Source: Candidatus Krumholzibacteriia bacterium
GTDB lineage: Bacteria; Krumholzibacteriota; Krumholzibacteriia; WVZY01
Assembly (NCBI GenBank): GCA_036478295.1
Contig: JAZGDW010000183.1
Span: forward strand, 1 to 15,456
Direction of reading: 5' to 3'
DNA: 15,456 bases
Shown in pieces: positions 8,990 through 15,456 of the stretch (the stretch's first letter is position 1; each line of letters opens with the position of its first letter). The translations under genes were made by a program, and so were the position numbers. Under the pieces are notes generated by a model. It was given only the letters and a program-made list of their open reading frames with translations, was not told the origin of the DNA and searched no databases.

Positions 8990-9082
8990 TGGGTCTTCGC
9001 CACGGCGGGCCCAGCGACGTTCACAAGGAATGCGGAGTGGCCGCATGGAACCAGGGTGTTCAACACTCGAAGGAGGTCCACA

Positions 9083-10117
9083 ATGAAAGCCGCAGTAATG
9101 CATAAGTTCGGAGATACCGACGTACTGAAGTACGAGGACATCGGGACCCCAACTCCGAAGCCGGGGCATATCCTGGTCAAGGTGCTCGGAGCCGGTATCA
9201 ATCGCTTCGACCATTACATACGAGAAGGGTCGGTTACACCGGAGCTCGCGTTTCCCCACATCCTCGGCGCCGACGCCGCCGGTGAGGTGGCCAAACTGGG
9301 TGACGGGGTCACCGGCTTCGAAATCGGCGAGCGAGTGGTCGTGGTTCCCGGTTTTCCCCTCAAGGAGGAAGACTACGGTATCTCACCGGCCGGCACGGCA
9401 CCCAGCTTTACTCTGCCGGGCCTGGGGATCCCGGGTGCCTACGCGCAGTTCATGGAGGCGCCCGCGCGGTTCGTCTTGAAGGACGAGACCGGACTCGAGC
9501 CGCAAGAAGTGGCGTCGCTACCCATGACGCTGGCAACCGCCGTTCGCGCGGTGAAAGTCGTGGGAGAGGTCAAGGCTGGAGACAAGGTGCTGGTCCAGGC
9601 GGGTGCCTCTGGTTCTGGCAGTATGCAGATCCAGGTGGCGAAGGCGCTGGGTGCCGAGGTCGCCACGACGGTTCGCAGCGACGCCAAGGGCGAGTTCGTA
9701 CGGTCGCTCGGTGCGGACCTGGTGATCAACACGCGCAACGAGGATTTCGTGGAGCGCGTGAAGCAATGGACCGGTGGCCGCGGAGCCGACGTGGTCATCG
9801 ATAACGTCGGCGGCGACGTTCTGCCAAAGAGTATCGATGCCGCGCGCACACAAGGCGTCATTGTGGCGTTCGGTTTCACCGCCGGGACCGAGGTCACCTT
9901 CGACATCCGCAACTTCTTCTTCGCCCAGAAGGAGTTGCGAGGTACGATGGCGAGTGACATTTCGGACCTCGAGTGGGGTCTGGCGCAGATCCGCAATGGA
10001 CGTATCAAGCCCACGCTCGACCGGACGCTTCCGCTGAAGGATGCCGCAGAAGCCCATCGCCTGGTCTCGACCAACCAGGTTAGCGGCAGCATCGTGCTGC
10101 TGCCCTGGGCGGAATAG
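9083..10117 (+). CDS. Medium-chain dehydrogenase/reductase, zinc-independent NAD(P)H:quinone oxidoreductase-like
   Basis: ATG 9083 after AAGGAGG. MKAAVMHKFG...P.PKPGHILVKV...GINRFD, PHILGADAAG, nucleotide-binding loop VLVQAGASGSG and LGADLVIN. It has no Zn-binding Cys or GHE motif. Confidence 0.92.
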   Translation: MKAAVMHKFGDTDVLKYEDIGTPTPKPGHILVKVLGAGINRFDHYIREGSVTPELAFPHILGADAAGEVAKLGDGVTGFEIGERVVVVPGFPLKEEDYGISPAGTAPSFTLPGLGIPGAYAQFMEAPARFVLKDETGLEPQEVASLPMTLATAVRAVKVVGEVKAGDKVLVQAGASGSGSMQIQVAKALGAEVATTVRSDAKGEFVRSLGADLVINTRNEDFVERVKQWTGGRGADVVIDNVGGDVLPKSIDAARTQGVIVAFGFTAGTEVTFDIRNFFFAQKELRGTMASDISDLEWGLAQIRNGRIKPTLDRTLPLKDAAEAHRLVSTNQVSGSIVLLPWAE

Positions 10118-10144
10118 CGAACCGCCGACCGAGTTTGGACTGCA

Positions 10145-10164
10145 AAATTGACATTTGTCAATTT
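10145..10164 (+). promoter_or_regulatory. Palindromic operator, FNR/CRP-family-like box overlapping a TTGACA hexamer
   Basis: AAATTGACA-TT-TGTCAATTT is a perfect 9 bp inverted repeat with core TTGAC-N4-GTCAA. Confidence 0.5.
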
Positions 10165-10176
10165 GTGTGATACACC

Positions 10177-10217
10177 TGAAGCCAGGAGGAAGAGCCAAAG
10201 AAAACCTCCTGGCTTCA
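10177..10217. repeat. 13 bp perfect inverted repeat (stem-loop) in the intergenic region before the hydrolase
   Basis: TGAAGCCAGGAGG (10177-10189) and CCTCCTGGCTTCA (10205-10217) with a 15 nt purine-rich loop. Confidence 0.8.
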
Positions 10218-10327
10218 AGCAGTGATGCCAGCCGCACCTTGCTGCGCTCCGCATCTATGATTCAGCTTCCCGAACGCTCTTACCTTCCCCTGAATCTTCA
10301 TCTACCGGTCACAAGGGAGAGATCACC

Positions 10328-11299
10328 ATGAAAACCTTGACCATCTTCGCAATACTGGCCTTCGTGGCCCTCACGGTCAGCGCCGCTTCGCCTGCTATGG
10401 CGTCGGTCCAGATCAATGTCGTGAAGTACAAAACGGTCACCATCGACGGTCTGGAGATTTTTTATCGGGAAGCGGGGAATCCGAACAACCCGACCATTCT
10501 TCTTCTCCACGGTTTCCCGACCTCCTCGCATATGTTTCGTAATCTCATGACCGCGCTGGCCGACGAATTCTATCTTGTTGCGCCGGATTATCCCGGCTTC
10601 GGAAACAGCTCGATGCCCAAGGTGGATGAATTCGAGTATACGTTCGATAACCTGGCGAACGTGGTTGAGAAATTTATCCACGAGTTAGGTCTCAAAAAAT
10701 ACAGCTTGTACCTGATGGATTACGGCGCGCCGGTGGGGTTCCGCATCGCTACCAGGTACCCGGAACGGGTGGAGGCTCTGATCATTCAAAACGGCAACGC
10801 CTACGACGAAGGCCTCCTGGAATTCTGGGATCCGATAAAGAAGTTCTGGAAGGACCGGTCCGACGCCAACGCCGACGCATTGCGTGGTCTCCTGACCCTG
10901 GACGCCACGAAATGGCAGTACACCCACGGTGTGCGCAACGTCGAATCGATCAGTCCGGACAACTGGGGACACGTCCAGCCGCTCCTGGATCGCCCCGGTA
11001 ACCAGGAGATCCAGCTCCAGCTTTTCTACAGCTACGGCTCGAACCCGCCGCTGTATCCCGAGTGGCAGGCGTACCTGCGGAAATTCCAGCCGCCAACGCT
11101 GATTGTCTGGGGTAAAAGCGATCCGATCTTTCCCGCGGAGGGAGCCCATCCCTATAAGCGGGATCTGAAGAAACTCGAGTTCCATCTGCTCGACACTGGT
11201 CATTTCGCTCTGGAAGAGGACGGCGACGTGATCGCGGGGTACATGAGGTCTTTCGTCAAGAAACACGTAGCTGTTTCAGAGGCAAACAGGGCCAATTAG
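10328..11299 (+). CDS. Alpha/beta-fold hydrolase, epoxide hydrolase/haloalkane dehalogenase superfamily, with signal peptide
   Basis: LLLHGFP oxyanion motif, [10 protein letters not shown], Asp nucleophile elbow [10 protein letters not shown], acid in WGKSD and His in TGHFALE. N-terminal Sec-type signal [25 protein letters not shown]. Confidence 0.92.
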   Translation: MKTLTIFAILAFVALTVSAASPAMASVQINVVKYKTVTIDGLEIFYREAGNPNNPTILLLHGFPTSSHMFRNLMTALADEFYLVAPDYPGFGNSSMPKVDEFEYTFDNLANVVEKFIHELGLKKYSLYLMDYGAPVGFRIATRYPERVEALIIQNGNAYDEGLLEFWDPIKKFWKDRSDANADALRGLLTLDATKWQYTHGVRNVESISPDNWGHVQPLLDRPGNQEIQLQLFYSYGSNPPLYPEWQAYLRKFQPPTLIVWGKSDPIFPAEGAHPYKRDLKKLEFHLLDTGHFALEEDGDVIAGYMRSFVKKHVAVSEANRAN

Positions 11300-11330
11300 G
11301 CTCGAACCAGGAGAAAAAAGGAGAACGGTC

Positions 11331-12095
11331 ATGCCAATTACCCCCAAGTCAATTCAGACGCTCGTTCTTGTCGGCTTGCTTGCCGCCAGTGTTTCGATCG
11401 CATTCGGCGGGTTACCCGATCCGGGTATGACCGTCGACCAGACGACCGCGCTGGTAATTACCGATCCACAAAACGATTTCTTGAGCCCGCAAGGCGTCAC
11501 ATGGGGCATAGTCGGCAAGAACGTTACGGCGAACAATACCGTCGAGAACATCGAGACGCTCTTGAAAGCCGCGAAGAAGAAGGGTATTCCGGTCTTCATC
11601 TCTCCGCACTACTACTTCCCAACCGACCACGGCTGGAAGTTCGAAGGAGCCCTCGAAAAGGCGATGCACAGCATGGGTATGTTCGACCGGGCCGGCGCGC
11701 TCAACCTCGATGGCTTCGAGGGCTCGGGAGCCGACTGGCTCGAGCGGTACAAGAAATACATCGAGGACGGCAAGACCGTCATCTCGAATCCGCACAAGGT
11801 CTACGGCCCGGAGAACAACGATCTGATGCTTCAGCTCAGGAAACGGGGGATCGACAAGGTCATCCTGGCTGGAATGTCAGCAAATCTCTGTGTCGAGTCG
11901 CATTTGAGAGAGTTCCTCGAGCGGGGGTTTGAGGTCGCGGTGGTAAAAGACGCGACCGCGGCCGCCCAGGTCCCGGAAGGTGATGGTTACGCGGCTGCGT
12001 TGATCAATTTTCGTTTTATTGCCAACGCCGTTTGGACCACCAGGCAAGCTGAAGACATGATGAAGTCTGCCCGGCTCGCGAGCACAGGGAAGTAA
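11331..12095 (+). CDS. Cysteine hydrolase (isochorismatase/nicotinamidase family) with signal peptide
   Basis: TALVITDPQNDF (Asp), PHKVY (Lys) and ILAGMSANLCVESH (Cys) triad motifs, plus VVKDATA. Hydrophobic N-terminus; RBS AAGGAG. Confidence 0.92.
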   Translation: MPITPKSIQTLVLVGLLAASVSIAFGGLPDPGMTVDQTTALVITDPQNDFLSPQGVTWGIVGKNVTANNTVENIETLLKAAKKKGIPVFISPHYYFPTDHGWKFEGALEKAMHSMGMFDRAGALNLDGFEGSGADWLERYKKYIEDGKTVISNPHKVYGPENNDLMLQLRKRGIDKVILAGMSANLCVESHLREFLERGFEVAVVKDATAAAQVPEGDGYAAALINFRFIANAVWTTRQAEDMMKSARLASTGK

Positions 12096-12224
12096 GCTAC
12101 CGCCAAGCAACGGAGCGCCCCGCCTGCAACGGGGCTCCCGGACGGCGGGGGATGTTGCGACACCCCGTGCCGCCCAGCAAGAAACTCCCAATGTGAAAAA
12201 CGAGGGCTAGGGAAGGAGAGGTAT

Positions 12225-13349
12225 ACGATCGATAATCGTCGGGTGGCAATCGTGGCGGGAGGCCGAACTCCCTTTGTAAGATCCGGCAAGGCCTTCAAAG
12301 ACGTCGGTCCGCTGGGCCTCGCGAAACACGCGGTCATGGGTTTGATCGAGCGGCACGACATCGACCCATCCACGGTTGACACTATTGTCTACGGTGCGGT
12401 GATACCCGAGCCCGGCAAACCAAACCTTGCCCGTGAGATCGTCCTCGAGACCGGACTGCCCAGCAGTATCGAGGCGCAGACGATCTCGTCCTACTGCATT
12501 ACCGGGCTCCGCACAGTGACCGCCGTTGCCGAGGCGATCGCCCTCGGTCGTATCGATGCCGGGATCGCCGGCGGGGTCGATTGGCTCTCGGGCGCGAATC
12601 CGGACACCTTCAGAGAGCCATCGACAGGGCTCTCTATGGGCGAACACACCGAGATCACGCGCAGGGAATGGGACATCCCGCGCGAGCGACAGGACGAAAT
12701 CGCTCTGGCCAGTCACCGGAACGCCGTTGCCGCCCGTGACAAACTCGCCGATGAGATCTTTCCGCTGGAAGGAATCCAACATGACACCGGGCCGCGCAAT
12801 GACACCTCGCTCGCCGCTCTTGCCGCCCTACGACCGGTTTTCGAAGAAAACGGCATGCTCACCGCCGGCAATTCGTCACCGATAACGGACGGCGCCTCTG
12901 CGGTATGTCTCATGAGTGAGGAAAAGGCTCTCGCCGGGAACCGGCAGCCACTGGCATTCATTCGCGCCATGCAGTACGCGGCGATCGATCCCGCGGAAGG
13001 ATTGTTAATGGCACCGTCTATCGCCGTGCCACGCCTGCTAGAGCACACTGGCCTTGCGCTCGCGCAATTCGACCTCATCGAAATCCACGAGGCTTTCGCA
13101 GCCCAGGTCCTGGCCAACGCCAAGGCCTGGGACCAGGGTTGGAAAGGTGAGCCCACTGGCGCTGTCGACTGGGACCGGGTGAACCTTAACGGCAGCTCCC
13201 TCGCTATCGGCCATCCCTGGTCAGCCACCGGTGGCCGCATTCTTACCACGCTGGCGTACGAGATGGCGCGCCGCGATATTAGAAGGGGCCTGGTGAGTAT
13301 TTGTGCGGCCGGTGGAATGGCCGGCGCATTCGTTTTAGAGAGGGCGTAG
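12225..13349 (+). CDS. Acetyl-CoA C-acyltransferase (thiolase), FadI/trifunctional-enzyme-beta-like
   Basis: VAIVAGGRTPF, PNLAREIVL, nucleophile Cys in SSYCITG, TAGNSSPITDGASA, EIHEAFAAQVL (HEAF type), GHPWSATG and SICAAGG. The start is ambiguous: GTG 12243 in the ORF track, or ACG 12225 positioned 6 nt after AAGGAG. Confidence 0.9.
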   Translation, partial: TIDNRRVAIVAGGRTPFVRSGKAFKDVGPLGLAKHAVMGLIERHDIDPSTVDTIVYGAVIPEPGKPNLAREIVLETGLPSSIEAQTISSYCITGLRTVTAVAEAIALGRIDAGIAGGVDWLSGANPDTFREPSTGLSMGEHTEITRREWDIPRERQDEIALASHRNAVAARDKLADEIFPLEGIQHDTGPRNDTSLAALAALRPVFEENGMLTAGNSSPITDGASAVCLMSEEKALAGNRQPLAFIRAMQYAAIDPAEGLLMAPSIAVPRLLEHTGLALAQFDLIEIHEAFAAQVLANAKAWDQGWKGEPTGAVDWDRVNLNGSSLAIGHPWSATGGRILTTLAYEMARRDIRRGLVSICAAGGMAGAFVLERA

Positions 13350-13364
13350 AGGAAGGAGGTAGAC

Positions 13365-13793
13365 ATGGCTTCGACCGTAGTTGTCCGAAGCGTGGCAGGG
13401 CAGCGGTTTACCCAGGAAGTTGAGGCTGGAATACACAAACTCTTTGCTGACGAGCCGGAATCCTATGGGGGCTCCGAACGCGGACCAGGGCCCTACGAAT
13501 ACTTGCTCGCCGCGCTTGGAACCTGAACGTCCATGACACTTCGCTTGTATGCGGAGAGGAAAGGATTGCCGCTGGAGAGCGTTGAGGTGCGGCTTCGGCA
13601 TGCACGGATTCACGCGAAGGATTGCGAGGACTGTGAAACGAAAGAGGGGATGCTCGACGAGATAAGTAGTGAAATCCGGTTGGAGGGGGACCTCGATGAG
13701 ACCCAGAGAAAGCAGCTTATAGAGGTAGCCGCCATGTGCCCGGTACACCGGACTCTCACTAGCGAGATCAAGATCCGAACAACTGAGATCTAG
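13365..13793 (+). CDS. OsmC/Ohr-family (YhfA-like) protein, probable selenoprotein (Sec at codon 54, TGA 13524-13526)
   Basis: RBS AAGGAGGT at 13353-13360 and ATG at 13365. The frame reads ...[45 protein letters not shown]...AAMCPVHRTL. The TGA falls at the Cys of the OsmC LLAALGxCTxMT motif; the frame is continuous over 142 codons and ends TAG TAG. Confidence 0.88.
13527..13560 (+). promoter_or_regulatory. Candidate bacterial SECIS element
   Basis: Stem CTTCGC (13539-13544) / GCGGAG (13551-13556) with G-containing loop TTGTAT starting 19 nt after the UGA. A lower stem TCC (13530-13532) / GGA (13558-13560) is possible. Confidence 0.6.
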
Positions 13794-13835
13794 TAGATGT
13801 AACTGGTTCGGATAGTGGGCGCGCACGGCGGCGAG

Positions 13836-14585
13836 CTATTTTTCGCGGAAGGCGTTCGCTATCGCGACGACTTCTGCCTTGCCCAGCTGGTTGAGATGGA
13901 CGCGTTGTCCGGCGAGTATCTCTTCGATTTCCGATTTGAACTGCTTGAGCTCTTTTTTCTGGGTGAGGTCTTTTCCATTCTTCGTGGAGTAGCCGCAGTA
14001 GTAGTGCCCGTCGATACCGTTGAGCCGCCAGCTGAATTCGGGTTCCACACCGAGTACCACCGCTTTCTCTTTCGAATGCACGAACTGGGCGCCCTTTTTG
14101 ATCTTCTCGTAGAAGAGCCGTTCGCCCTCTTTGGCGGCCTCGCTTAGAATGCGCCTGGCAAGGCCTCGCAGGTGGATGAGTCTCGGTGCCGCCGCGAGTT
14201 TGTCGATCAGATAAAGGGCGAACTCGTTTTTCGCGATGCCCCGGGGAATGGCGACCAGCGCCATGGTCGTGTCGATCGAGAAAAGATCCCGGTGCCCTTG
14301 CTTCTTGATACCGATGCCGCACTTGCGGATGACATCGGGCAGGTCATCCAGCTTCTTCTTCAGCGTGGTCGCAAAACGCCCGCCGGGTTTGAGGGCGCCC
14401 CGGGCGTCCTCGAAAAGCTTGCGTTTTGCCCTGTATTTTCCAAAAAACCATCTGCCGGGGGTCCGGCGCAGGACGTCTTCCAGCACGGTCTGCCCATCGC
14501 GGGCAATCCATTCCTTGAACAGGTCCTGAGTCATAAGTTGTTTAACGACTTTGAATTCTTGTCCTGTCCATTTGAGTGCGGCCAT
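13836..14585 (-). CDS. Hypothetical Lys/Arg-rich soluble protein (about 249 aa)
   Basis: Long ORF with protein-like composition from MAALKWTGQEF (ATG 14585, GGGAG at 14596-14600). The longer ORF-track N-terminus (to 14777) is Pro/Arg-rich and starts inside a terminator-like hairpin. No family recognised. Confidence 0.65.
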   Translation of the reverse strand: MAALKWTGQEFKVVKQLMTQDLFKEWIARDGQTVLEDVLRRTPGRWFFGKYRAKRKLFEDARGALKPGGRFATTLKKKLDDLPDVIRKCGIGIKKQGHRDLFSIDTTMALVAIPRGIAKNEFALYLIDKLAAAPRLIHLRGLARRILSEAAKEGERLFYEKIKKGAQFVHSKEKAVVLGVEPEFSWRLNGIDGHYYCGYSTKNGKDLTQKKELKQFKSEIEEILAGQRVHLNQLGKAEVVAIANAFREK

Positions 14586-14757
14586 GGCTGGTAGACTCCC
14601 CGAGTGGTGGTCAATGCGGTCGCGAAGATATCGCTGGGGGTGTCGTCGCACGCCCCAGGTTGGCGGTCCGGAGGATGCAAGAACCGGTTCCTTTGGCTCT
14701 GCGGGTGGCGGATATTCCCGCGGGCGACCGGTTGAAGGCCGCCGCAGCAGGGCACGG

Positions 14758-14786
14758 CAAAGGGGCTCCCGCTGCACGGGAGCCCC
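14758..14786 (-). terminator. Putative intrinsic terminator of the beta-barrel gene
   Basis: Perfect 10 bp GC stem GGGGCTCCCG (14762-14771) / CGGGAGCCCC (14777-14786) with a 5 nt loop, followed on the minus strand by a short TTTG. It is about 40 nt after the stop at 14828. Confidence 0.55.
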
Positions 14787-14827
14787 GGGTGCTTCGAGGC
14801 GTTTGCGGCGCGCTTCGCCGCGCCGTC

Positions 14828-15456
14828 TTAGAAGTGGAACGAAAAACCGGTGGTGGCGCTAAAGCTACCGATCAGACCGATTTCGACGAAACCCATAACC
14901 GGCATCGTGCTCGTGCGCGCGCCGAACGTAACGTCGACCTGGCCGTCCCGATCCAGCTCGATGAGTCGCGTCTGCTGTCCGGGAGTCCGGGTCTGGTCCG
15001 TTTCCTCCAGGTCCGCCTGGTAGGAAACCATTCGAACGCCGCCGTAGAATCCCACATCCTGGATCGTATACCCGATGGCGCCGTCGAAGGCGAACGAGGT
15101 CTCATTGTAATCCCACGTCGTGTTGATGTCTTCGTTGAAATCCGACGAAAACAAGTTGAAGGCGAAACCCACCGACCAGAAGACGTCCGGGTTGCTGGGA
15201 AACGCGTCACCGACGCGAGCGCCCATGGAGAGGAACATGTCATCGTCAAAACCCCGCGAGTTCAGGTCGAGGTTCGGATCGACAACGCGTTCGTCTCTCA
15301 CCGTCACCTGCGCCAGTCCGAGCGTTCCCCAAATCGAGGCCAGTCTGGGAAACTGATGGTTGACACGAAAACCGATACCCGAGCCATTCATGTCCCAATC
15401 CCTCAGCGCCTGGTCGAACGTATCATCCGTACCGTCGAAATCGGTGGCACGGTTGA
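14828..15456 (-). CDS. Outer membrane beta-barrel protein (C-terminal part; gene starts beyond the right edge)
   Basis: The frame is open from the window end (NRATDFDGTDDTFDQALRDWDMNGSG...). It has alternating amphipathic beta-strands with Gly/aromatic residues and acidic loops, and a C-terminal beta-signal-like TTGFSFHF ending in Phe. Confidence 0.75.
   Translation of the reverse strand, partial: NRATDFDGTDDTFDQALRDWDMNGSGIGFRVNHQFPRLASIWGTLGLAQVTVRDERVVDPNLDLNSRGFDDDMFLSMGARVGDAFPSNPDVFWSVGFAFNLFSSDFNEDINTTWDYNETSFAFDGAIGYTIQDVGFYGGVRMVSYQADLEETDQTRTPGQQTRLIELDRDGQVDVTFGARTSTMPVMGFVEIGLIGSFSATTGFSFHF

Noticed and set aside
9439..10254. Long antisense or alternative-frame ORFs (e.g. 9439-10254, 1182-1994, 1943-2608, 12713-13438, 7020-7652)
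   Set aside because: They overlap well-supported genes, lack motifs and RBS, and are expected shadow ORFs in GC-rich coding DNA.
13533..13793. 86 aa ORF starting at MTLRLYA as the complete gene, or osmC as a pseudogene
   Set aside because: ATG 13533 has no RBS and omits conserved N-terminal OsmC motifs. The only interruption is a TGA precisely at the catalytic Cys with a downstream hairpin, which favours Sec, although a pseudogene cannot be formally excluded.
1..15456. CRISPR arrays, tRNA/rRNA genes, transposases, integrases
   Set aside because: No regularly spaced repeats, cloverleaf-like sequences or recombinase motifs were seen by eye.

Overview
GC-rich, gene-dense bacterial window, probably from a diderm since it encodes a beta-barrel outer-membrane protein, a lipoprotein and a sigma-54 activator. 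From left to right: (1) a minus-strand ABC-2 type exporter operon (ATPase plus two permeases, the last truncated at the window edge). (2) A divergent four-gene cluster: a solitary GspG/type IV pilin-like prepilin, a membrane HAMP-GAF-HD-GYP phosphodiesterase, a small lipoprotein and an output-less 2TM-HAMP protein. (3) A PAS/AAA+ sigma-54 enhancer-binding protein, followed by candidate UAS palindromes and a near-consensus -24/-12 promoter. (4) A plus-strand redox/detox-like series: thioredoxin, Cys-free MDR oxidoreductase, exported alpha/beta hydrolase, exported cysteine hydrolase, FadI-type thiolase and an OsmC-family gene. (5) A minus-strand basic hypothetical protein and the C-terminal part of a beta-barrel protein. 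The most notable hidden feature is the OsmC gene. It starts at 13365, not 13533, and has an in-frame TGA exactly at the conserved catalytic Cys position, followed by a SECIS-like hairpin, so it is a probable selenoprotein missed by the ORF track. All calls come from motif reading only; no database searches were run.
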